A stretch of 64,000 bases of DNA, taken from IMG/VR virus record IMGVR_UViG_3300045988_162372. One strand, 5' to 3'. Under the pieces are notes generated by a model. The model was not told the DNA's origin. It ran no database searches and saw nothing but the letters and a program-made list of their open reading frames with translations. This document shows, one piece after another, positions 7,379-16,152 of the stretch (positions are counted from its first letter, which is position 1; each line of letters begins with the position of its first letter). A program made the translations under genes and the position numbers. Source of the stretch: a virus.

Positions 7379-8563
7379 TTACACCTTATTAACTGAAACT
7401 GAGCCACCTACTCCATTATGACGTTTCATTGTTTCGTCATCCGATGGAAATGGCACATCGTATTGATAATCACCAACTGTTGAAGTTGTTGTAGCTTCTT
7501 CAACGTTATAAATATCCCGTCGTTGCATACCGAATACTGGTTGGGAATATTGTCCTGAAGCGTCACTGCCAGTTGCTCCACTTGCTTCTCCATCTTCTGA
7601 TACGACTTCTGTCTGAGGCACATTTCTTTCAAACAGCCTAATGTATAGCCTTTTAAGTTTTCTATCAAAATTCTTTTTAGGAACTTTGAACTTTACTTTC
7701 ATTGTTGCTGCTTTGGGGTTTCCGTTTTCATCTGTATCAATGATTTTCTCATCTTTTTCGACAATATTGTATCTTAAAAGATATTGAAGAAGTTTTCCTC
7801 TTGTATAACCATATGCGGTCAATATCGAAGATGGCTTTGCGTATACTGGATCAACTAACAAATCATGTAAGAATGATTTAATTGCATTGTAGAACTTGTA
7901 TTCTGACATTTGAAGTTCCTCTGCAATCAATTGTGCTGTCTGTTCGTCTATAATGAATACCTTGCCCTCGTTGTTTCTCTGTCTAATAATAAACATATCA
8001 TCATCCAAAAACAATCTACCAGACTTCAATCCTTTAATAACGTTATTGGTATTTATTTTCTTCTCTTTAGCATATTTTCTTACTGCAACAATGGCCAAAC
8101 TAATAAATACCTTTGATGCATTAGGATACATATTCCTTATCTCCTGACCAATATCATATAATTTCTCTTCTGTTTTCTGGTATGTTTTCTTAACTTGATT
8201 ATCACTCTTTCTGTATATACTAGGATTCTTGTCCATCTTCTGACCTTTCAAAGGTAATGGATCTGCATTCTCATATCCTTTCAATATCAGTTGTCCATCG
8301 CCATTAGTAACAATATCCATCTTTGGAGTAATATTGTCTGCATATACTTGTGTTCTACCATATATTTTCCTTTTTGCAGTAAGGTGTGAGATAATATCAT
8401 CCATTGTACGGAAATTACCCTTCGCATAGTCATATATGCATTCAAGAGCATCAATAACCTTGAACGGTTTTACATTCAAGTTTATCCAATTCGCCAAAGC
8501 CATAACCTTATTACGGCTTTTTGAATTATATTCCTTTAATTTATTCAACTTTTCGTTATCCAT
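7379..8563 (-). CDS. Hypothetical protein, 394 aa
   Basis: Long clean ORF with no recognisable motif. Confidence 0.75.
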   Translation of the reverse strand: MDNEKLNKLKEYNSKSRNKVMALANWINLNVKPFKVIDALECIYDYAKGNFRTMDDIISHLTAKRKIYGRTQVYADNITPKMDIVTNGDGQLILKGYENADPLPLKGQKMDKNPSIYRKSDNQVKKTYQKTEEKLYDIGQEIRNMYPNASKVFISLAIVAVRKYAKEKKINTNNVIKGLKSGRLFLDDDMFIIRQRNNEGKVFIIDEQTAQLIAEELQMSEYKFYNAIKSFLHDLLVDPVYAKPSSILTAYGYTRGKLLQYLLRYNIVEKDEKIIDTDENGNPKAATMKVKFKVPKKNFDRKLKRLYIRLFERNVPQTEVVSEDGEASGATGSDASGQYSQPVFGMQRRDIYNVEEATTTSTVGDYQYDVPFPSDDETMKRHNGVGGSVSVNKV

Positions 8564-8774
8564 TCTTTATCCCACTTTGCCAGAAACCTTTTCTTTGCCA
8601 CATCTGCCTGAAAAAATCTTCAAGTATTTCGGCTGAAAGTTCCCTTATTCTTTTTCGTAATTCCCTTTCTTTAAGAAAATTATCCAAAGCTGTAGTAATC
8701 ATACTTCTAACTTCACTTTTGGATAGTTCCTCTCTGATAAGGTTTCTTACATATCTTTCTTCATTTACAGTCAT
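8556..8774 (-). CDS. Hypothetical protein, 72 aa, charged and helical
   Basis: ATG at 8774. It is the first gene after the intergenic repeat region and overlaps the next gene by 8 nt. Confidence 0.55.
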   Translation of the reverse strand: MTVNEERYVRNLIREELSKSEVRSMITTALDNFLKERELRKRIRELSAEILEDFFRQMWQRKGFWQSGIKNG

Positions 8775-8790
8775 TTTTTTAAATTATAGA

Positions 8791-8862
8791 CTTAATTACT
8801 TATATTCGTCACTTATAGGCTTAATTACTTATATTTGTTACTTATAAGGAAATTCACTTATA
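8791..8862. repeat. Tandem repeat of about 30 bp, 2.4 copies, containing five ACTTATA heptamers
   Basis: Unit A at 8791-8819 is cttaattacttatattcgtcacttatagg. Unit B at 8820-8849 is cttaattacttatatttgttacttataagg. ACTTATA occurs at 8798, 8811, 8827, 8840 and 8856, with spacings of 13, 16, 13 and 16. Confidence 0.8.
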
Positions 8863-8914
8863 TTATTCAGCTGTTCCTTATATATCATAAATATATATTT
8901 GCAAAAAGAAAACA

Positions 8915-8934
8915 TCCTACCTTTATAGGTAGGA
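8915..8934 (-). terminator. Rho-independent terminator after the gene at 8977..9522
   Basis: TCCTACC-tttata-GGTAGGA forms a 7-bp stem. On the minus strand it is followed by ATGTTTTCTTTTTGC. Confidence 0.6.
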
Positions 8935-8976
8935 AATTAAAAAAAACTATCTATGTATTAACTGCGAAAGCCGTTT

Positions 8977-9522
8977 TTAGTAATCATCACCAGGAGTTAA
9001 TTGTGGCTTAGGCTGTTGTTGCTCTTGTGTTTCTTGTACCTCTTGAGTGTTTGCCTGTACCTTTTGACCTTGCATACCCATAGGTTTTTTATCTTCTGCT
9101 GTTTCCAAATCTGTTTTCCAATTCTTGAACACACCATATACAATTTTCAACTGATTGATATTTGTTTCGGTTAATTGTATAGGTTCAGTCCATATAAAAC
9201 ATCCTTCACCAGTAGGATCTTTTAATCTAAATTGAAATTTAGCATTATTTAGGCCTCCAATTTCTCCACTTAACACAACATCACCATCTTCGGGATAATA
9301 CAACATTGGTGTCTTGAAATTTTCAAAGTCAGCACCAAATTGTTTTTTACAAGTTTCAATTGATGAAGCCATTAATTCATCCTGCATATTATATGGTATG
9401 CTCTCAATATTCTCCTTATAACCAGAACTCCATTCGGTAGCTTCTTTTATAATTTGTTTAGATTCTTGCAACGCTCTTCTGAGTGCCTTAAAATCATTTT
9501 GTATTTCGGTATATCTATCCAT
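8977..9522 (-). CDS. Hypothetical protein, 181 aa, with a Gln/Glu-rich C-terminus
   Basis: Clean ORF with an ATG start. Confidence 0.7.
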   Translation of the reverse strand: MDRYTEIQNDFKALRRALQESKQIIKEATEWSSGYKENIESIPYNMQDELMASSIETCKKQFGADFENFKTPMLYYPEDGDVVLSGEIGGLNNAKFQFRLKDPTGEGCFIWTEPIQLTETNINQLKIVYGVFKNWKTDLETAEDKKPMGMQGQKVQANTQEVQETQEQQQPKPQLTPGDDY

Positions 9523-9549
9523 ATTTCCTTTTTAACAATAAATATTTGA

Positions 9550-10002
9550 TTAATAATCATAGTTGACACCAAGCCAATCATATCCGAACATTTCTCTCAT
9601 AGTCTTCCTTTTCTTTGGCTCTTTCTTGTCTTTCGTTACAACTGGTTCTTCTTGTTTCTTGGTTTCTTCAACCTTTTTTTCCTCCTCAACAACAGGTTCT
9701 ACTTTTTCTGCCTTTGCTTCTTCGACAGTTTCAATTGGTTCTGCAACTTCTTTTACTGTTTCTTCTTCTTGCTCTACTATTTCTTGTTTTTCTTCTGTCG
9801 GAGTGGTTTCATCAATAATTTCAGTTACCTTGTCTTCTTTGTCAATGACAGGCTCTTCTTTCTGTACTTCCTCCACATCTTCCGTTGAAATGTCTTTCAT
9901 TATATCCATATATTCCTCTTCTATATTCTTTTCAACAGATGTAACAGTTTCATTCTGTTTTGTTGAGGTGGTATTTTTGATTCTTATTCTATTTCTTGTC
10001 AT
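9550..10002 (-). CDS. Highly acidic Glu/Val/Lys-rich protein, 150 aa
   Basis: The core is low-complexity (EEVQKEEPVIDKEDKV...VEEEKKVEETKKQEEP). The C-terminal end is MREMFGYDWLGVNYDY. It lies immediately downstream of the sigma-factor gene. Confidence 0.6.
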   Translation of the reverse strand: MTRNRIRIKNTTSTKQNETVTSVEKNIEEEYMDIMKDISTEDVEEVQKEEPVIDKEDKVTEIIDETTPTEEKQEIVEQEEETVKEVAEPIETVEEAKAEKVEPVVEEEKKVEETKKQEEPVVTKDKKEPKKRKTMREMFGYDWLGVNYDY

Positions 10003-10016
10003 AATATATAATTTTT

Positions 10017-10718
10017 TTACCTTAATTCTTTATATGTTTCAAATTCATCAGACATTAATGCTTCAGTCCTTAATTTAACTAATGCATTGTCTTTTATCTG
10101 TCTTACTCTTTCATTGGTAAGATGTAATTCGTTACTTATTTCTTCCAATGTCTTTTCCTTCCCGTCTTTCAAACCGAAATAATCAATCAATACTTTGATT
10201 TCCCTATTTTTCAAACATTTCATCAAATCTGTGATTGACGCTTTTCTGCTTTGTAAGTCCATTAGTTCATTTTCAAAATTTTCGTTAATGTAATTGGTTT
10301 CATCATATTTTGTATTTGTACAATTTGTGAAAACATAATCATCAATTGCGTTTATTTCCATATTCTTCTGTTGGTATTCCTCTATACATTCTTGGATAGA
10401 ATTTTTCACCCACCATACAGCATACGAAATAAATCTTATATTCTTGTTTCCATCAAATTTTTTAGCGGCTTTCATTAGTCCGACATTTCCTTCTGAAATC
10501 AAGTCTGAAAATGGAACTCCACTTTTTCTGTAAGCCTTAGCGATGTTCACTACGAATTTCAGATTTGATGTAACCAATTTATTCAATGCCTTCTCATCAC
10601 CTTGCTTTATCTTTTCAGCAAGTTCTTTTTCCTCAGCATTTGTCAAATGTTTATATTTCTTTATTTCACTGAAATAACTATCAATTTCTTCAAGTTTCTC
10701 ATATTTCTTTAATTTCAT
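10017..10718 (-). CDS. Sigma-70-family RNA polymerase sigma factor, compact, with regions 2 and 4
   Basis: Region 2 reads LVTSNLKFVVNIAKAYRKSGVPFSDLISEGNVGLMKAAKKFD...RFISYAVWWVKNSIQECI. Region 4.2 has the HTH LEEISNELHLTNERVRQIKDNALVKLR. Confidence 0.8.
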   Translation of the reverse strand: MKLKKYEKLEEIDSYFSEIKKYKHLTNAEEKELAEKIKQGDEKALNKLVTSNLKFVVNIAKAYRKSGVPFSDLISEGNVGLMKAAKKFDGNKNIRFISYAVWWVKNSIQECIEEYQQKNMEINAIDDYVFTNCTNTKYDETNYINENFENELMDLQSRKASITDLMKCLKNREIKVLIDYFGLKDGKEKTLEEISNELHLTNERVRQIKDNALVKLRTEALMSDEFETYKELR

Positions 10719-10755
10719 TTATAAAACAACATATAACCTTTATTTAAATAAATAG

Positions 10756-13137
10756 TTACGATAGAATTAATTTGCTAACATTGGTATTCTCATCTTTTGT
10801 AACTGTGATAGTTTGTTCATGCCAATCCCATACTGCTTCAACGTGTGAAACATGTAATATGAACTGGTAATTTGAACACATACGTTTAAACAATTCATGT
10901 AAATTGTCATAATTTGAAATACCAACAGTGCCAATAATTTCATCCATCGTACAGAAATTAGGACGTGAGATACTTGAAATTGAACATAAAGCGGTTCTAA
11001 GTGCAATAGATGCCATTGTTGTCTCGTAGCCAGAAGCACAGATACCTAAATCCATTATCTTACCATCACGTATCATATTCAAGCAAACCTTATTATCTTC
11101 TGATACTAACAACTCTACATCAAAATCGCATAAGCCATTCAATAATCTTTTAATTTCATTATTAATAATAGGCAATGCCTTTCGAAGAACTATTTTAACA
11201 ATACCATCTTTGCCGACCAATTGTTGATAAATCTTCCAGTTTCTTATTATTTTTTCCTCCTCTGAAAGTTTATCAATGAGTTTCTTTCTGTCTTCTATAT
11301 TCTTCGTGTAATTTTTTATCTCATTCTTATATGCTTCTATCTCACGAATTACTTGCTCCTTAGAACGTGTTTCCGTACTTATGTTTACATCAACGTTTCT
11401 GATCTTTATATCAATCTCATTATTCAGCTTAATGTTTTCCTTGTTGGTTTCAATTTCTTCTTTAAGTTTGTTAAACTCAGCAACCTTGGACTTGCATAAT
11501 TCGATATTTGCTTTTAAAGCTGTTAACTGCAACTCTATCTTATGTCTTTGGTTTGTCATTTCCTGCTGTTTTTCCATTTCCTTAATTTCAGCATTCAATG
11601 CATCAATAGTTTTCTTGTTTTCTACTCCCTGCTTGATAAATTCATTTATTTTCTTGTTGTTTTCTTCAATAAATGAATTCTGTTCAGAAACCTCAATAGG
11701 ATGATTACAAGTAGGACAAATTCTCTTTTCAATAAGACTATTTATCCTCTTGTTATCTTCTTTAAGGTGATTGATTTCTACTTTTAATTCCGATTGTTGT
11801 TTCTCATAATTAAGGACTTCTTTGCGTTTTTGGTTATATGTATCAACATCAAATGTAGAGTCCTTTACACTTTTGTAATCTTCCTTCAACTGTTTGAATA
11901 TTGCACGTTTTTTCTCTAACTCAGCAGTATAAGATGTAATGTTATGTTCAACAGTTGAAACATCTTCCTTGATAAGGCTTTCCTTGATTTCCTTTCTCTC
12001 CAACAGAAATTCTGTACGTTGTTTGTTGAGTTTCTCAAGGTTATTGGTGAATGAAATCAACTTTTCTTGTGATTTGGTGATTTCTTTATTGTCACTTTCG
12101 ATACATTTATTGAAATCCTCAATTTCACTGATAAGGGTAGCCTTATTGTATGAATTTGACAAAAGAGTATTGCTTACTTTCCTTTTCCATAAATCTTTCG
12201 CAATTTCTTCTTTCTTCTCCAAAGACATCAATCCGAGCCATCTTGAGAACAGTTTCCCTTTATCACTTTGCCCCATTCTTAACAAATCACCAAGACTGTA
12301 TGCCGTTGCCGAGATCACAAGATTAAAATCCTCTACACTACCAATGCTCTCTCTAATAATATTATTAGTTTGTTGTGTACTTTCAGCTTCACAATTCTCA
12401 ATCAACTCATAAGAACCGTTTATAAGCTTGAAATATTCAACTTTTTGTTTGCATTTACTCTTTGAAGTACGCTTTTTCAGTGCAGGTCTTGTAATGGTGC
12501 GTCTGATAACATAATCCACGCCGTCAATTTCAATTCCTGCTTCTACCATTACTTCTGTTTCTTCTGGTAAGAAAATATTAAATACACTATCCAATGTAGG
12601 TGACTTATCAGCTTTCCCAAACAATGCAAAACGTAGCAAGTCAATTGCGAATGTTGTTTTGCCACACATATTCTCAGGCATACCATTTAACAATACAAGA
12701 CCGTGCAGTTTAGTGAAATCCATATAATTACCTTTTCCATAAGAAAGATAATTATCCCACTTCATATATTTAATTTTATATGATTTGTATTTTGAATAAC
12801 TGTCAAAATCAACATAGGCATTTACCTGTGCATCAATCTTTTTAATATCCTCCATATCAACGTCTTCAATCTGTTTCAATTTCAGATATTCTTCAAAAAG
12901 ATTAATTTGAAATTTTGGATCCTGAATGTCCTTAATAATATTTGACGCAAGGGACATCTTTTCACCATTCTCATCTACTGTAATGGGAATGAAATTGATT
13001 TCCACATTTTTCAATGGTACTCCGTATTTGTCCGCAATTTCATGTCTCAATGCTTCTTTTTTCTTATCATTGTAATCAATCTGAAGCATTCGCAAATCAA
13101 ATATGAGTTTATCTGTCTGTTTTATATTTTCTACCAT
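10756..13137 (-). CDS. SbcC/Rad50/T4 gp46-like recombination ATPase
   Basis: 793 aa. The Walker A context is NGMPENMCGKTTFAIDLLRFALFG. A long coiled coil carries a CxxC zinc hook (RICPTCNHP). The C-terminus has Walker B (FCTMDEIIG) and an H-loop (LHVSH). Confidence 0.75.
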   Translation of the reverse strand: MVENIKQTDKLIFDLRMLQIDYNDKKKEALRHEIADKYGVPLKNVEINFIPITVDENGEKMSLASNIIKDIQDPKFQINLFEEYLKLKQIEDVDMEDIKKIDAQVNAYVDFDSYSKYKSYKIKYMKWDNYLSYGKGNYMDFTKLHGLVLLNGMPENMCGKTTFAIDLLRFALFGKADKSPTLDSVFNIFLPEETEVMVEAGIEIDGVDYVIRRTITRPALKKRTSKSKCKQKVEYFKLINGSYELIENCEAESTQQTNNIIRESIGSVEDFNLVISATAYSLGDLLRMGQSDKGKLFSRWLGLMSLEKKEEIAKDLWKRKVSNTLLSNSYNKATLISEIEDFNKCIESDNKEITKSQEKLISFTNNLEKLNKQRTEFLLERKEIKESLIKEDVSTVEHNITSYTAELEKKRAIFKQLKEDYKSVKDSTFDVDTYNQKRKEVLNYEKQQSELKVEINHLKEDNKRINSLIEKRICPTCNHPIEVSEQNSFIEENNKKINEFIKQGVENKKTIDALNAEIKEMEKQQEMTNQRHKIELQLTALKANIELCKSKVAEFNKLKEEIETNKENIKLNNEIDIKIRNVDVNISTETRSKEQVIREIEAYKNEIKNYTKNIEDRKKLIDKLSEEEKIIRNWKIYQQLVGKDGIVKIVLRKALPIINNEIKRLLNGLCDFDVELLVSEDNKVCLNMIRDGKIMDLGICASGYETTMASIALRTALCSISSISRPNFCTMDEIIGTVGISNYDNLHELFKRMCSNYQFILHVSHVEAVWDWHEQTITVTKDENTNVSKLILS

Positions 13138-13148
13138 ATTTTATTTCT

Positions 13149-13520
13149 TCACTTACTTTTTATTGTTCTACGTCTTCTAACCTTTGGTTTTGCATCAGTT
13201 GTAACTTCTTCTTTTTGCTGCAATGAAACATTATCTACTTCTTTTTTTTCTTCTTGTATAGAAGTTTCATTGATTTCAAGAACTTTAGGTTTATATTCTA
13301 TTGTATAATCATTGATTTTTTCTTCTTTTTTCTTTTTAACCTCTGAAACTTTATTATCATCCCCATATTTTTTATTCAAATCTCCATACCTATCAATATT
13401 GTTCTGTGTAACAATACAATTGGAAATATATTCTTCCAATATCAGATTGTTCATTTCGCAATATTGTTTAATTGCATCCATTGAACGTTTGGGTATGTCG
13501 ATTTTTATCTCTATTTCCAT
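13149..13520 (-). CDS. Hypothetical protein, 123 aa, with a basic tail and a possible ribbon-helix-helix N-terminus
   Basis: The internal ATG at 13520 (MEIEIKIDIPKRSMDAIKQY...) is preferred because a consensus promoter box sits at 13539-13546, inside the longer track ORF. Confidence 0.55.
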   Translation of the reverse strand: MEIEIKIDIPKRSMDAIKQYCEMNNLILEEYISNCIVTQNNIDRYGDLNKKYGDDNKVSEVKKKKEEKINDYTIEYKPKVLEINETSIQEEKKEVDNVSLQQKEEVTTDAKPKVRRRRTIKSK

Positions 13521-13538
13521 CACAAACAATACTTTGTG

Positions 13539-13546
13539 CAAATATA
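13539..13546 (-). promoter_or_regulatory. Bacteroidota-type promoter, -7 box TATATTTG
   Basis: The minus strand reads aaaTTTTG-19 nt-TATATTTGCACAAAG. It is 19 nt upstream of ATG 13520. Confidence 0.65.
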
Positions 13547-13588
13547 CAACTTTATTATCAAAAAGCAAAATTTCTAACTGATATTTAT

Positions 13589-14170
13589 ATGTCAAAAAGC
13601 ATTCAACAAATGGATAGTAAAGCAATAAAACTTATCAATATGATACTCAGACAAGAATCTGGTTATGCAAATGTATCAGGTGATTTGGGTGGTGAAACAT
13701 ATAGGGGAATAACTCGTAAGAATTTCCCCAAATGGGATGGATGGAAGATTGTTGATGAAAATAAGCCTTTAAAAAATAGACAAATCATTGACAATGAAGA
13801 GTTGGAGAATAATGTTATGGATTTCTATTATGATAATTTCTATACCCCAATGAAGATTGACAAGGTGGAAGATATGCTTATTTCTGGACATCTTCTATGT
13901 CATGGCGTAAATGCAGGTATCAAGACCTCAGTTAAATTGCTTCAAAAGGCTGTAAATAACGTTTATAACGTGAAAATATCTGTTGATGGTATAATTGGTA
14001 GTACCACACTAAAATATACCAATGGAGCGAAAGCAAATCAGGTTGCAAGGGAATTTATTGAACAAAGAAATCAGTATTATAAAAATCTTGTGTCTAAAAA
14101 TCCCTCACAACGCAAATTCTTAAACGGATGGTTGAATAGGGTAAAGAACACCACCGCTGAATGCAGTTAA
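13589..14170 (+). CDS. Endolysin: GH108-type lysozyme with a C-terminal peptidoglycan-binding domain
   Basis: ATG at 13589 (MSKSIQQMDSKAIKLIN...). The GH108 signature is RQESGYANVSGDLGGETYRGITRKNFPKW. The C-terminus resembles PG_binding_3 (NGWLNRV). Confidence 0.75.
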   Translation: MSKSIQQMDSKAIKLINMILRQESGYANVSGDLGGETYRGITRKNFPKWDGWKIVDENKPLKNRQIIDNEELENNVMDFYYDNFYTPMKIDKVEDMLISGHLLCHGVNAGIKTSVKLLQKAVNNVYNVKISVDGIIGSTTLKYTNGAKANQVAREFIEQRNQYYKNLVSKNPSQRKFLNGWLNRVKNTTAECS

Positions 14171-15168
14171 TATCTCATTAATGTATATTCATCCAATTTA
14201 ATTGCATTCCTAAGTAGCTTGATTATTCCTTTCTTGCCAAATTTCTCGTTTATCAATGACGCATCATAACCTTGTGGGCATTGGATAAGCCTTACTCTGT
14301 CTTTGAAGCCTTTACTGTTAAGGAACTTGTACATTCTATAAGCGTTATCATAGGCATCATCATCCAATAATATATTTATATTTGCGTGTGCTTTTTCCTT
14401 TAATGCTTTATAGACTGCATTTTCCATAGTTAGTGACTTTCCCAACAATGGTATCGAATTTGGCACAACAATATGGTCAAAAGGCCCTTCTACAAGGGTT
14501 ATATTCTCATACCAATTAACTAAACCTTCATTAAATACTATACTTGTCTTATGAATTTTTGGATTGCAATATTTTACCTTGTTTTTGCCTGTGTAATCTC
14601 TTCCAACCCAGTAATTAAGATCTCCGACTTCATCGTAAGAGGGTATTATAATGCGATTTCTCTGAGTAAAATCATCACAATAATATGTTGTGTACCCTAT
14701 GTTATATTTTTCAATTATATCGTCTGTAATTCCCCTTTTGCGAAGATATTGCAAAGGCAGTAACAAAGGATTATCACTTTTATGAAGCTTTTTGTAGCCA
14801 TTTGGTAGGGAAACACAAGTTTCAATATCAATCATTTCCACTTCTTCGCCATTTCCTCCTATCTGATATAGTTTGGAATTGCGAATAGTGTTAAGGATTT
14901 CCCTATATTCGGACATTTGTGCTATATTACCAAAATCTCTTATCAATTTTGATAATTTTCCACTTGTTTCGCATTTCCAACAGTGAAAATAGCACCCATG
15001 TTCTACATTTGTTTCAAGATTGTATTTACCATCACTTTCAACCCCTTCATTTGCCGCACAATAAGGGCAACAAAAGCTTTGCCACCCTGAACTATAAGGT
15101 TCGTTCTTGGGTTGCCCTAAGACATCAATCAATATGGAGCGTATTTTATCAATCTCGTATTCAAACAT
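14167..15168 (-). CDS. DNA primase with zinc ribbon and Toprim domains (DnaG/T4 gp61-like)
   Basis: The zinc ribbon is CPYC...CWKC. The Toprim domain has LVEGPFDHIV and ILLDDDAYDNA. The ATG at 15168 is preferred over the TTG at 15195 because a promoter box lies at 15193-15200. Confidence 0.7.
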   Translation of the reverse strand: MFEYEIDKIRSILIDVLGQPKNEPYSSGWQSFCCPYCAANEGVESDGKYNLETNVEHGCYFHCWKCETSGKLSKLIRDFGNIAQMSEYREILNTIRNSKLYQIGGNGEEVEMIDIETCVSLPNGYKKLHKSDNPLLLPLQYLRKRGITDDIIEKYNIGYTTYYCDDFTQRNRIIIPSYDEVGDLNYWVGRDYTGKNKVKYCNPKIHKTSIVFNEGLVNWYENITLVEGPFDHIVVPNSIPLLGKSLTMENAVYKALKEKAHANINILLDDDAYDNAYRMYKFLNSKGFKDRVRLIQCPQGYDASLINEKFGKKGIIKLLRNAIKLDEYTLMRY

Positions 15169-15192
15169 ATTAGTGTTACAGTATTTTGGACG

Positions 15193-15200
15193 CAAATATA
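15193..15200 (-). promoter_or_regulatory. Bacteroidota-type promoter, -7 box TATATTTG
   Basis: The minus strand reads ...attgTATATTTGCGTCC, 25 nt upstream of ATG 15168. The -33 element is imperfect (TTGG). Confidence 0.55.
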
Positions 15201-15261
15201 CAATAATTCCCTCACATAACCAATATGCAAGGGGATTATCTTTCTATGGTTTAACATTATT

Positions 15262-16038
15262 TCAATATAACTCAATAATCTTTGTATATTTCATGCCACA
15301 AAATTCTGTTATATAATAGATTTTCACTTTCCCATCCCCAATATCTTCTTCTTTGTATTCTACAACCTGCGGTTTTGGGTAGTCTTTGTATATTTGTTTC
15401 CTTACATAGCCTATAACGCACACCAGACTATCGCTTGCATCAAAATTTTCTTTCTTTAATTCTTGTTTCTTGTCATATACCCAATGAATATTAGGGAACA
15501 TTTCTGAAATTTTATTCCAAAGTATCTGTTTCTTCGCACAATTCCAATCATAACCTCCAAATAATACCAATTCGCTGTTTTTCAATGCATGTCTAATCTT
15601 ACTTAACGGATAAACATCACCTTTTTTGTTGTATTTCCTTATGGCTATCAGTTCTGGAAAAGCATATTTTCTTGCATCATATGATGAAATAAATTCTGGT
15701 ATCACGTTCAATATCGAATATACTGACTGAGAAATCATGCCGTTGAAACGTAGTAATGTACTTACTGTCTCACTATTGTTGCTACTTACTAACGGTTCTT
15801 CTATGACAACTTTTGTAACGTGTAAGTCAAGATTAAACCTTGATAAATCCTTATATGTTTCCAATACTCCACTAAAATACGAACTTTTATGGAATAATGC
15901 TTCAGTTCCCTTTATCTTTGAGGGGACTTTCAACCTAAAATAAGTTACTTCTAATATATCTATTTTCCCATCTTCTTCTTTTGCAAGGGTTAACCCTATA
16001 CATGCAGTAGAAACGTCTAATCCTAATATAATATCCAT
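15262..16038 (-). CDS. RuvC-like Holliday junction resolvase / RNase H-fold nuclease
   Basis: The N-terminus is MDIILGLDVSTACIGL. Acidic residues occur at VVIEEPL and DASDSLV, consistent with a RuvC-like D-E-D-D arrangement. Confidence 0.6.
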   Translation of the reverse strand: MDIILGLDVSTACIGLTLAKEEDGKIDILEVTYFRLKVPSKIKGTEALFHKSSYFSGVLETYKDLSRFNLDLHVTKVVIEEPLVSSNNSETVSTLLRFNGMISQSVYSILNVIPEFISSYDARKYAFPELIAIRKYNKKGDVYPLSKIRHALKNSELVLFGGYDWNCAKKQILWNKISEMFPNIHWVYDKKQELKKENFDASDSLVCVIGYVRKQIYKDYPKPQVVEYKEEDIGDGKVKIYYITEFCGMKYTKIIELY

Positions 16039-16127
16039 TTATATAAAATATTTTATCTACATACCTTTAATGTAACGTTTGTTGTCTGAAAAATCAAGTT
16101 GTATTTGGTTATATCAAAATATTGTAG

Positions 16128-16135
16128 TATATTTG
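16128..16135 (+). promoter_or_regulatory. Bacteroidota-type promoter, -7 box TATATTTG
   Basis: The + strand reads gtaTTTG-20 nt-TATATTTGCACAAAAG. It is 18 nt upstream of ATG 16153. Confidence 0.7.
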
Positions 16136-16152
16136 CACAAAAGTTTAAGATT

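Noticed and set aside
9563-10078. The long + strand ORFs antisense to the acidic-protein gene (9563..10078, 9615..9818, 9652..9888)
   Set aside because: These Ser/Phe/Leu-rich translations are mirror images of a GAA/AAA-rich coding strand. They are antisense artefacts.
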